Assembly: GCA_009914755.4 (NCBI GenBank)
Contig: CP068257.2
Span: forward strand, 33,600,001 to 33,664,000
Source of the DNA: the human T2T-CHM13v2.0 reference genome, Homo sapiens
Length of the DNA stretch: 64,000 nucleotides
Reading direction: 5' to 3'
Part shown: positions 1-13,232 of the stretch, in pieces
Layout: every line of letters begins with the position of its first letter
Numbering within the stretch: the first letter of the stretch is position 1
Made by a program: the position numbers and the translations under genes
Notes under the pieces: model-generated
What the model saw: only the letters and a program-made list of their open reading frames with translations
The model's database searches: none
Told to the model about the DNA's origin: nothing

Positions 1-642
1 TTTTGATGCAAAGCTGCAAGGAGCTGTGCATTCTTAAATAAACATTTTCCAGTTCAAAGAGCCAGTCCTATGCTTCAATTTAAAGTGAGATTGAAAGAGT
101 TATTTGCTTTCTTGTCCCTTTAGCATAGACAAGCACAGCAAGAGCCCTCATGGGTTCCCTTGTTCAACAGTAACTTCTTTCCAAAGATGAATTAGCCAGG
201 CATAGAGTTTGACTTTCTCAAAGCCACTAATGTAAGGTAATCCTTGGAATGAGACAGGATGACTCCACCGACTCAGGAGGAGTAAAATATTGTCCTTCTT
301 AAGTGAGCACATTGAAATGGCCTACCTATGAACACAGAGCCCTCTAATAGCAAATACAGTAATGCATCAGTAAGCATTATGGGTCTGCAAGATAGCAGTG
401 ACTTACACAATAATAGCCCTGCACACTAGAGTGTCCAGAGCAAACAATGCCCTGAGGCACAAGTGCAGGTGGGATGAGGTATGCCAGGGCAGTAACCTAC
501 TTACCTGGGCCAATGATGGCAACTGAGAGAAAGAATGTGAGGTCTTCTTTCAGAGTCACTGAAACCTGTGACTCAAACTCTCTGACATACCAGAGGAGGG
601 TGCGAGGTGCTAAAACAGGTCACAAGGCTTGAAGTAGCTGAT

Positions 643-887
643 GCAAACTGACTCAGGGAAGAGAAATGTGTTCAAAAACAGCATGGGGTAGATTGGAATG
701 TCCCAGCCCTAATCTAAGAGACATGTGTCTTTGTAGGGATGACAGACTCTGCCTCAACACATTTTGAATTATCCAGAGCACTGATATTTGCAGACACACT
801 TTGGTTCTGTAATAATGAATAAAGGCAAATTGGTCATTCAAGAGGTATTTGTTGAATATCTTTCATTTTATAGCATTGTTCAGGGAC
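643..887. repeat. Direct repeat copy A (~245 bp), ~96% identical to 3247-3490
   Basis: Aligned by eye: tgcaaactgactcagggaagagaaatgtg...ttttatagcattgt is shared with copy B at about 10 mismatches. Both copies give near-identical 62-aa minus-strand ORFs in the track (653-841 and 3256-3444). Confidence 0.85.
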
Positions 888-2825
888 TTGTGAACGCCAC
901 AAACATGTGCAAGGACATAGTCTCTTCTCTCATGTTACTTAAAAGGTCTACTCTCTATTTTCAAAGATAATCAGTGGATAGATACATAGATAGATATTGG
1001 TAAGAATATTTTCAAAAAATTGCCTAGAATTCTAGAACTTGCCTAAGGTCTCTTGGCATCAATTGTCATAGTCCTCTGCTTTTCAAGGAGACGCTAGACA
1101 AATTTCTATGTACCATAGAAAAACTTTTCTGTGGGTAGGGAAGAGCCATCAATCAAGAACTAAATGTATAAAATAGCAAAATAGGGTTTTGAATGCTAGC
1201 TTCACCCCTGTGTTATTGTGGGCAGGTTTCTTAACCACTAGAGGCTCAGGTTGTGAGGTTTTTATCCTCAGAATAATATTTTTATAATTTCCTTCTAAGG
1301 GTTGGGTGAGGGTTCCATTTACGAATGACTGACCCATTGTAGACACTCTGTCAATGCTAGTTCTTTTCTTTATTCTTACATTTTAACCCACTGGATTCAC
1401 ATACAATGAGTTTACTTAAATCGGAGATCTGACAGTGCCAACTGTGAAATTCTGTGCAAGATGGTTAGACTTCTCTGGCAATATGGTACCAAAGGAATCC
1501 TAAAGCCATCCCCCTTCAAAGTATACAAAAATACTGGATAAAATGTTGAATGCTTTCTAAGAGCACGGCTTAAGGAAATGGTCAGAAACAAAGAAGCTGA
1601 GCAGGAGCACAAATCCAGATAGGTGACTGGTAAATCTGGCAGCAGCCTAAAGCTGTCTGGCTACTGTTGTAAACTAGAGCTTTGGATTTATTTTATTGGT
1701 GAACCGACAGGTTAGGTGACTTCACATAAAACTAGGGTCTTCGAAGATCAGCACCCTTAGGGAAAGGATGAACCAAAATATATTTTCCCACAAATACAAA
1801 TGTCCAGAAAGTGTATCCAGTACAGGTATCAGTTTTGATTCTGGGAAAAGGGGAAAGAAGTATTCTTTGAGAATTTGTTACCCTCCTTCACACAGGTTTG
1901 TAGTCCAATTCACAGTATGCATTGTGGTCTGAAAAACATCAAGCCAAGATTTCACATTCTGGTGCCAGATTGGTGGTGGTTCCTGGTAACTGGCAGAAGT
2001 AAATGCAAATCTTCTCAAGAGTAAGGCTCCTTCAATTCAGGTTTCAAAGAAAGGCCAAAAATTCATGAATTAAAGAAAAATCATAGAATACATAAGTGAA
2101 CAAAGTACCACGAGTGAGAGTCTGCAGAAACAACACCCAGCAGATCAAAACCAGAGCATAACAGATACTGAAATTATTAGATAAACATATACAATAAATG
2201 TATTTAATAGGTTTTTAAAAAGAAGATGAAAGGGTTGACTTGAAAACATGAGAAAGGAAAAAGAGAGTGTAAAAATGATGAGTCAGATTTGAAAAAGCAA
2301 TATATTTATCCTCTAGGAATAAATCTATAATATATACAATTTGAAATTCAGTGCAGATATTAAAGACAGATTAGACGCAACTGGAAGGGAAATCATGAAA
2401 TGCAAGCTAACCTTATGAAATGATCCTGAATGCAGTACAGAGTGACAAAAGAGGAAACAATAAAAGGAAGGTTGAAAATGTACATACAGTGAAAAGGTAT
2501 AACACACATTCAGTCAGACTTGTGGAAAGTGATCATTGGAAAGACACAATAAAGAGAATAGGGAAAGCAAAAATACGGAAGAGGTGATGGTGGAGAATTC
2601 TCTTGAGTTGATGAAACCTACGAATCCTCAGATTTGGGAACTTCAATGAATCACAATGAATCTAGAAATCTACCCTAGATTTTTCAAAACAGCTGACCAC
2701 CAAAGATAAACATGACCATCTGAAAAGTAGCCAGAGAGAAAAGCTATATAGCCTAAAAGGAGCCACAGTTCAGCAGGCAATTGATGCCTTCACAGGGGCA
2801 GCAGGAGCTAAAATGCAGTGCAATC

Positions 2826-3191
2826 AAGCCATACAAAAGAATGAAATCATGCCCTTTGCAGGGGCATGGATTAAGCTGGAAGCCATCATCCTCAGCAAAC
2901 TAACACAGGAACAGAAAACCAAACACTGCATGTTCTCACTCATTAAGTGGGAGTTGAACAATGAGAAGACATGGACACAGGGAGGGGAACAACACACACT
3001 GGGGCCTGTTGGGAGGCAGGGTGGGGGCAAGGGGAGGGAGAGCATTAGGACAAATACCTAATGCATGAGGGGCCTAAAGTCTAGATGACGGGTTGATAGG
3101 GGCAGCAAACCACTATGGCACATGTATACCTATGTAACAAACCTGCACTTTCTGCACATGTATCCCAGAACTTAAAGTAAAATAATAAAAA
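2826..3191 (+). mobile_element. L1 (L1PA-like) 3'-end fragment, 5'-truncated, with A-rich tail and 16-bp TSD (2810-2825 and 3192-3207)
   Basis: Matches the L1 ORF2 C-terminus and 3'UTR (…ctcagcaaactaacacaggaacagaaaaccaaacactgcatgttctcactcat…ggcacatgtatacctatgtaacaaacctgcac…aacttaaagtaaaataataaaaaaaaa). Flanked by AAAATGCAGTGCAATC upstream and AAAATGCAGTACAATC downstream. Confidence 0.8.
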
Positions 3192-3246
3192 AAAATGCAG
3201 TACAATCACATCTTCAGAGGGCTGAGAGAAAGTTGCCATCAAACTG

Positions 3247-3490
3247 CAAACTGACTCAAGGAAGAGAAATGTGTTCAAAAACAGCATGGGGTAGATTGGA
3301 ATGTCCCAGCTCTAATCTAAGAGACATGTGTTTCTGTAGGGATGACAGACTCTGCCTCAACACATTTTGAATTATCCAGAACACTGATATTTGCAGATAC
3401 ATTTTGGTTCTGTAATAATGAATAAAGGCAAATTGTTCATTCAAGAGGTATTTGTTGAATAACTTTCATTTTATAGCATTGTGGAAATGT
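3247..3490. repeat. Direct repeat copy B (partner of 643-887)
   Basis: See copy A. Similarity begins at tgcaaactgactca and ends at ttttatagcattgt in both copies. Confidence 0.85.
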
Positions 3491-3867
3491 CTTTCAGCAA
3501 AATAAACATATTTTCACACAAGCAACAGCAAGAGAATCTATTACCAGCAGGTCCTCACTAATAGAACTTCTTTAGGATGTATGTTCAAAGGAAAGGAAGA
3601 TGGCCCCAGAATCCAGATACAGATAAAGGATTGATGAGCAAAGAAAACACGTGGATCTCACAAATATAATGTGAAGCAAAAATGGCACTGACAGATTATT
3701 CGTTCATCAGAGAACCACGTATAAAAAGTTCAAATACTCAAACATATCTTGACTGGGGGCACATACATAGGAGGAAACCTATAAGGAAAACCAGGCAATA
3801 AATACACGAATTTCAGATCATGTTCACCTGTTGAAGGAGAAAGCAGAGAGTGTCACTGCATTTTTAT

Positions 3868-3992
3868 GTTCTTCTGGAGCATACTCATAGATCTACCATG
3901 GACCAAGAACCACTGTGCCTGTATGACTGGCTATAGGACAAGAACAATTGCAATGAGGTGCTTGTCTTCAAGGAGCTTACTACAGTCTAGTG
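3868..3992. repeat. Inverted repeat arm 1 (reverse complement matches 4850-4965 at ~88%)
   Basis: The reverse complement, cctctcccactagactgtagtaagctccttgaagacaagcacctcattgcaattgttcttgtcctatagccagtcatacaggcacagtggttcttggtccatggtagatctat, aligns with 4850-4965. The sequence resembles the 3' tail of a MIR-type SINE. Confidence 0.7.
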
Positions 3993-4144
3993 GGAGAGGA
4001 AAGCCATGACTCTATAGCTCAGGACATGCTGATAGCATAAATGCACACAAATCCACCCATACTTTACTTTGATATCCCTTTCTGGTTGACCCTCAACCTG
4101 AGTGCCAGACTCCCTTCAATACCCAAACATACCATATGTATCAG

Positions 4145-4161
4145 ATGAATGAATGAATGAG
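4145..4161. repeat. (GAAT)n microsatellite, short
   Basis: gaatgaatgaatga. Confidence 0.8.
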
Positions 4162-4849
4162 TAGAGGAGTGCTTATTTTATATTCTGTATATCTTGCATA
4201 TAAATCATAGGCACACATATTGTTTGGTGTATTTGAAACATTTAATAGCATAAAATATTTAAATAATCTTTCAGAATCCACCTTGAGAGTTGCGGATAAT
4301 AATATATTTTGAACAGAAATTTCAAAATGTGCCTCAGTCTAATATGTATTTGTCCCTGCAAAAAGCTGGGAAGGTAAGAATGGAAGTGGAAAAGGATAAA
4401 ACATGTCAATTTAGAGAAGACTTTTCCCTATCTGGCATCCCTTGAAATCAACAGTTAGATAATAGATAAACTACATGGGGAAATTTTGTACCATTTGAGG
4501 GTGTAATCTGCCACATTATTTCATGAGAAAGTTTGGTCATGTGGTCTTTGGTCATGTGGTCTTTTTTTTTTCTTTCCTTCTTTGCAGTGACCTACAGGAA
4601 GCTCAAAGCTGTGTGTTCAGCTGCTCTGGCTTTCTTCATGGTGGGGCTTAGCATTGATTCCCTCTCCTGATGGCTCCCTATGGCACTCCAAGGCTGAGAC
4701 ATATTTGAGGCTGGTATGTTTGGGTATGGAAGGGAGTCTGGCACTCGGGTGGAGGGTAAGCCTGAAAGGGATATTAAAGTAAAGGATGGGTACAGTTATC
4801 TGTATTTAGGCTATCAGCATGTCCTGAGCTTTACTGCCATGGCTTTTCC

Positions 4850-4965
4850 CTCCCACTGGACTGTAAGCTCCTTGAAGACAAGGGCCTCATTGCAATTGTT
4901 CTTCATCCTGTAGCTGGTCATGCAGGCACAGTGGTGCATGGTGTGTGGTAGATCTATAAATACAT
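4850..4965. repeat. Inverted repeat arm 2 (MIR-3'-tail-like, partner of 3868-3992)
   Basis: cctcccactggactgtaagctccttgaagacaagggcctcattgcaattgttcttcatcctgtagctggtcatgcaggcacagtggtgcatggtgtgtggtagatctat, followed by aaatacatatcaaatgaatgaatga. Confidence 0.7.
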
Positions 4966-6165
4966 ATCAAATGAATGAATGACATACCATGGACAGCTCT
5001 CTTCCTATCCTATTGCTAGAGCACATGGGCTCGCAGGCAGGTGAGTGAACACAAACATGTGTGCACCCCACACACACACACACGTACAAACTCACACATC
5101 CATCATTTACATGCAGAAGTTACATTATACTTTCATGCCACCATCTGAGAATTCCAAAGAGAATATCAGGTGAAATACGTTAAATTACTTTTGCACATGC
5201 TACAGGTCATGAGAGTATGAGTTCATGAGAAAGGAGACACTGAAACTGAATTAGCAACAGAGAGCAGAGGTTGTGCTGAAGGGAAAGCAATGTTAATGCC
5301 AGGAAGGAGTCTGGTGTTGTACGTGGGAAATTTGGGATAAACTGCATGGATTTTACAGCCTTCCAGGGAGGCAGAGTGCTGGAGTAGGTTCAGAAAGCAT
5401 TTCTGAAAACCTCTTTCTTCTAGTCACCCTGCCTAATTTCCTCTGACTCTGTCCTCCCCTGGCTGCATTTCCTGTTTCTGGTTAGAACTCTGACCTAAGT
5501 TTCTTTATTTCGGAACTAAGCAGAATTACTTGTTTCAGTGAATACATTTGTGGACCACAGCAATGGGGAGAAAGGAGCCTGAGAAAAGTGTTCCTCCGGC
5601 CCTTGAGGTCAAAGACCTGTAGGAAGTGGTATGGCAATGACCTTCAGTGACAGCAAGCCCGTGATGTGACTTCAGCAAAGTGGGATGGGCCATTTTCACT
5701 CACTGAGCTTGTCAGATGACCTTTTCTTGATTCACCATTACCTGGAGAGTTTATCCAACTGCTGGGACACAGGAGATGTGAAGAAATGGGTATACTGGTT
5801 TGAAGGATAAATTTGCCTTCTAGCTGAACAGAAATCTGAGAGCTGCTGAATCACCTGCAAAATTATATCTTGTTCTGTAGTTTGTTTCCTAAGTTTCCTG
5901 GGATTTGATTAGTCAGGAAAAGACCACACCACTAGCAGGGGAAGTCCAGGAACAAGGGAGCCAATGAGTTCTGTGTCCTACTTAAATGAACCTTGAAGGT
6001 ATCCAGGAGAATCCTTCCTTCTAGCTATGGAAAGATGGGAGATGGGGCAAAGTGATGCCCAGTCATGGCCAAGAAAGATCTGATGTTTCTACAAACAGCT
6101 CTCCCTTTCTTGCATATCTACCTAAACTGGAGACCCTTTTATCTTCTGCCAGCCTGCTTCAAGGC

Positions 6166-6190
6166 TTTTTTTTTTTTTTTTTTTTTTTTT
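6166..6190. repeat. poly(T) homopolymer (~25 nt)
   Basis: Uninterrupted T run. Confidence 0.95.
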
Positions 6191-6654
6191 GTGGAAATAA
6201 GTTAGGTGGGTGGGAAAGGAAGAAATGCAAAGTTGTGTCTGCCTGTGATTAATCTTCTCCAGAACACACCTGGGTCTTAGAATCACAGAGGCTTTGGATC
6301 GGAGGGGGCTGAGCCGAGCAAATTGTTCGGGAGTGGGTAGAAGGATAAGAGGTCAGGTGGGTAGATGGAGAGGGCCTCATGGAGGGACTTCCCCATAAAT
6401 GCAGCTCCTGCATCCACAGTCCTTTCAAATGTGCTGTGCTTCACTAAGATCAAATGCATGGGAACTGGGCAGTTTTCCAACTTGTCCTTAATTGTACTCT
6501 TGCTAGCATGGCTTTATTAGTGGGTTCTAAGTGTTGTGAATGCCAAGAAAATCGGACATCATAGAATAAAGGCTATATTTTACAACCAAATATTAAGCAT
6601 ACCTTTCATGTATTACTGTTTCCCAGTGGACTGCAACATTTTTACATCTATTAT

Positions 6655-6800
6655 TACATTTATCCTCACTACCTCCGTATGAATTATGCAGGGACTTATG
6701 CTCATTTTTCACATAACTAAACTGCAAATCAGAGAGGTTAAGTAATTTGCTCCAGGTCACACAGCTACTAAGTGAAAGAATCAGGACAAGTATTCAGATC
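6655..6800 (-). mobile_element. MIR SINE remnant
   Basis: agagaggttaagtaatttgctccaggtcacacagctactaagtg is the reverse complement of the MIR core (ccttgggcaagttacttaacctctc…). Confidence 0.45.
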
Positions 6801-7330
6801 TTCTTTTTACACTAGCAGTTTGGTTCTGTCCATCCACTACTGATGGAGATTTAACTATGATACGGTTACAAGAAAACAAATAATTTCCTCATTGACAATT
6901 TTTCCTGAAGGGCTCTCTTCCCAATACAATTCCCTTCTCAATACAGTTGACCAGTATTTAAATGAGTCAATATCCCCGAAAGTTGAAAATATCAGAAATT
7001 CTGGATTGTTAAAAAAAAAATACGTCTTCTGGATAATTCTCGGGAAATGCTGTAGAAAGAGATCTGTTTTTGTCATACTCTCTGGGACAGTCGGTTCAAG
7101 TCTCTGCTTTCTTTAGGGCCAGTCCATCCATTAGAGAAGCAAATCAAGTTCTAGAGAGGGTGGTACATTGTCCAAACTTATGAAAGACTCTACTCAAAGG
7201 TGGACATGGAACTGTGACCCAGAAACCGTGAGTCCTGTCACCCCTTCTTGCGAATGTGATGTAGGCTGGGTCCTTTTGGAAGCCAAATGCTTCCAAGAAC
7301 TCGTTGGCTTTATTTATTAAAGAAGTTCTG

Positions 7331-7716
<386 letters not shown>

Positions 7717-8639
7717 CTACAAGCCCAGGAAGTCACATTCGCCCTCCTTTATGTACCCTCCATGAAAATGAGAGCTTGTCTGATTGGACCAGCTCATTGC
7801 CATTTAGGGGAGTCTGAAAGACGAGCACACCTGGGTGGTGATGGCTATGGAAGTTTATGCTTCTAAAATTAAGGATCAGTAAGTAAACGCCCTTTAAATG
7901 CAGTCTATCTGTGCGATGGTTCTGAAGTATTATAAAATTCTGATGCCTCATTTCATGTCAGTCTTGGGAAAATGTTCTCTCGTATATTATTGTTTGGTGT
8001 GCAAACAATTAAATATATTGGAAGGCAAAATTAAGCAATTTCCATAAAACCTTAAATATGCCTATCTTTTGAGCCAGGAATTCCTTCTTTAAGAATTTAT
8101 AAGCACAGAGAGGTCCACTCAAGGATGCTTATTTTAGTAGCGTTTATAACAGTCAACAATTAATATTCAAGTAACAACTTGTATGTCAATCAGTGGGCAA
8201 TGGGATGGATAAATTGCTGTCCAGTTACGTAGTAGAATATTTTTTGGTTAATAAAGAAAAAGAGATAGAACTTCTAGTACTACTATGAAGTTGTCTCTAC
8301 CATACGTAAGGCAGAAAGAGCAAATTACAGGATAACTTGTATGTTATATTTTTATTTTGTGGAAAAGAGAAAAACGTGCATACACCTTTAAGACTTCACG
8401 TGCATGGATAATGGACTAGAAGGAGATATATGAAGTTTTGAACACTTGTCAGCTCTTTGGGGAGAGAATGGGAAGAGGACATGTTTGTCTTTTTTCCTCT
8501 TATACGCAGTCTAGTATTTTTCAGTTGTTTTGTATTGCGCAAGTACTACTTTCATCACTTGAAATATCAATACATATTTAAGGAAGAAATAGCCAACATG
8601 TATGTTGGGCTTGCTGTATGCGACGCAGAATGCTAAATA

Positions 8640-8810
8640 TCTTACATGCATGATCTCACAGGTTACTCACAGTGGCTCTGAGGGGCAGGTGGTAGTATCA
8701 GCCCATCTTACAAAAGAGAAAAGTAAGAATCAGAAAGACTAAATAACTTGCCCCAGGTTACACAGCTAGTGAAGGCAGAATGGTCTCCGGAGAAGAGGAC
8801 TCATGCACTT
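8640..8810 (-). mobile_element. MIR SINE remnant
   Basis: aaataacttgccccaggttacacagctagtgaaggcagaatgg matches the reverse complement of the MIR core. Confidence 0.45.
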
Positions 8811-10977
8811 AACCCCTGGCTCTGCTGCTCTTCAAGGCGGTGGCCTGCACCCAGCCATCTATGAGGGGCCATTAAAGATTCTGAGTGTGGGGCCAGCAGA
8901 TGGGATTTGCTCCAGTGAGGAGGGGCTGGAGCTCTTTCTAAGTGACATGGTATTACACTATGCTGAGTGGATTTTGTCCCCAGCTGCTGCTCTGGGGGTG
9001 ATTCTTTGCATGGGCCTGCAATTCAGCGATGAGAAAACTAAGAAAAAGGTTCCCCTGAGTCTCTCTGGACTTTCACTTAGGGGGAAAAGTAATCCGTACA
9101 AAATAATGACTTCCTGACCCCAGTTCCTGGAGAAAGCCGAGAGACAGCTTCTGCTGAACTCAGAAGTGCTGTTTTCCTACGTGAACTGGGGTAAAGGTAC
9201 TGACCAGAGAGAAGCTGCCCTCTGGGCACTGGCATCTCTTCTGGGAACAGGGTTTTGGCCCTTCTGCAAGTGGCCACAGAGATCGGGTTACAGCAGTGCT
9301 GAGCTGGAGTAAAGTCCAGGCCTGGGGTCAAGCAAGGCCTGAGAACTGTTCGGGAACTGACTCACCCCAAAGCCCTCAGCCGAAGAGGCAGGTCCCAGAG
9401 CCCACTCTGCTCACCTCTCAGAGTGAGGGGCTTCGGCAACACCAGTCCTGCCCACTTCAGGGAACAGTGTAAAAACAAGGGAGGCTTGAGAATTCAAAAG
9501 TTCTGGTAAAACTATGTATGGGACCTCTTCCTTAGCCAGGTGCATAACCCTGCTGATCTAGACTTTTTAAAAATATCCCAAATTCCCTCTGCCTGGAGTG
9601 CTTTCTTCAATCTAACTATACCTGGGCATTTCTTCCCCATGGGCTAAGATTCAAAACAAGTGTGGCTTCCTCCCTGAAGGTAAATCCACATCCCGGCCTA
9701 GCAGGGGCCCCTCTGCTGGCTCTGAGAGCATTGTGTGTGACCCCCCCAAGTCCTCCTTAAACTCCCCACTTCAAGGATGTTGTTTCTTTTCACATCTCAC
9801 TCTTCCACCCAACCACGAGCTAGAGAAAGACATTGGGACTCCTCCCCGGCACAGGGTGGCACGGTTGATAGCTGTGACCTACCTGAACTGTAGACAGCCC
9901 CTCTCCGCCTGAGGAAGAACAGGGGCTAACCACCATGTCTGGGTTTCATGTAGGGTTTGTCTTTCACCGGTGAGGGTAAAGCTTTTGAAAGAGATCCTAG
10001 AGAGAATGAAAGGAGGGGCCTGGGAGTGAGAGGAGAAATAAAAGGCTTATAGGGAGCACCTCCCTATAGTCACAAAGGCCATCCTTCCTGGCAGATTAAT
10101 TAAACAAAAGATAACCATCCAGGAAGACAAACTTAAAAAGGAGAATCCTCTAGGCAGATTAATGACAGAAACCAACGCTTTCACCCTCTGCCCACTTCCT
10201 TTGGATAGGTGCTTTTGTGCAGTACACAAACCGCACAGCCAGATATGGCAGCCCTGAGAATAACATTAACATATCACGTGCCGAGCTCCTTTTAAGTGCA
10301 GGTGCTAGATCAGGTGTTTTGCATATGCGATTTCATTGAATCTCCATATTGACTCTACGAAACAGGGACTAGTGTCCTCATTTTAAAGACAAACTAAACT
10401 GAGACTTAAAGAGGGCATTTTCTCAAGGGCACCCAGCTAAAAAGCAGAAGTTAGCCTTCGACTCCACTGTGCTGGCTCTGGACGGTCTGCTTCTAACCTA
10501 CACTCTGCTAGGTCTCAGGAAAGCAAATGCAAACAGATGTCTGCACACATCCTGCAAAAAAACTGATGGCCAAGAGGAAACATATCCCAGGAGAAGGAAT
10601 TAATAGACTTCAGAAAATGGGAGATTTCAGACAAAGGGCAGATGTCTTCTGGAACACTGCACAAAGCAAATTGATGGCAAATGCCAACAGGTGTCTGTTT
10701 TAGGAGAGGGAGCACCTGCCAGTGTGGGGAACGTGGTGGCTGAGGAGAGGGTGACGCAGCAGCACCTGTTCTCTTAATGTGACATGGCCAAAGGCTTCTT
10801 CACAGTTGGCTGAAATTACAAGACAGGAGGATGGGCAGCCCTGGCTTCAGAAAACTGGTCTGTGAAGCGGATAAAGAAGACAGAACAAAGAATTCTGATC
10901 AGGCATAAAACATTTGTCGGAGGAAGAAGTGCTGACGCCCTTAAATTTGCAAAAGAAACAAGAAAGAGGCCGGGCGT

Positions 10978-11660
<683 letters not shown>

Positions 11661-12812
11661 GTTTTCTTTGAGAAATTAGGAGATGGTTGTTTAGTGGTGT
11701 GAAGATGATATGTTTACTGTATACATAATACATTATTTTTTTAGAAGCCTGCTAGCAGTACATTGAGTAAGTTATATGAAAGTAATTAGCAAATGCAAAA
11801 CTTGATTTAAATCTAAGGTACATTTGGGTTCATGTATTTCAGAAATGTCCATTAAGCACACCCAATGTTCAAGGGCCTCTGGTAGGACCTGGGGCCACCA
11901 AGATGCATTGGACATCAAGCCTGCCTTCAGGAGCCCATGCCACAGTGAGAAGTAGATAATAGAGTATCAAGAGCAGACAGTGGGTGACATTCCAGCTTTG
12001 GCAGTAGGAGGTGCGTTTTCTGTAGAGAATTTAAAAACAATAACAAAACTGACAAAAAGCCAGTAATTCTAAACAATATCTGTGATAAAATGCTTCTCCA
12101 AAAAAGTTAGGGCTTGGCTCAGTGCAGCTGGCTGTCTGTTTCTGTGATAAAGTTTTATTGGAACCAGTCACTCTTATTCATTTACATATTTATTATCTAT
12201 GGCAGCTTTCTTTCATGCTACAACGGCAAAGTTGAGTAGTCGTGACAGAGGCCAGATGGCCACAGAGAATAAACTATTTACTATCTAGTCCTTAACAGAA
12301 AATGTTTGCTGACCTCTGGTCTGAGTTATAAATAACTGCTGCAATTACTGTTGAGTTTCGATAATAATATCTATGTCAACTTCAATTAGCACATCTTTAT
12401 TAGCTGTCCTTTAATAAACATTTGGTTCTACAGGGAAGTTAATTCCAGAACTCCAGTTATATAGTGTTCCCTAAGGACTCAGCTGCATGTATTTGTTTTG
12501 AGAGTCTAAGTTTGTCACTAATTGAGGTCTATTCTTATCTCCAACCCATATAACATTCTTGGATTTAAAGGGCGGATTCAAAATAGTTGATGATAACACT
12601 CTGATTATAAAGTCCAAAAAATCGAGCTTGAATTACATATTTTTTTGTTCTATGTGTCCCTTTGGATTTTTAATGTTTAAAAGTTAAAACAATGAAACTG
12701 AAAACTTAAAATAATGAAACCGAGTGTAAACTACAAGGCGTGATAATTTTGCTTGGTAGGCGCAAATATTAGTTCCCACATGGTGTAGGTACAGAATTTA
12801 AGTGGTATTTTA

Positions 12813-13232
<420 letters not shown>

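Noticed and set aside
643-3490. 245-bp direct repeats considered as the LTRs of an intact ERV or MaLR provirus
   Set aside because: I found no matching 4-6-bp TSD outside the repeats, no TGG primer-binding site after the 5' copy and no gag/pol-like ORFs inside. The pair is kept as an unexplained duplication rather than called an LTR element.
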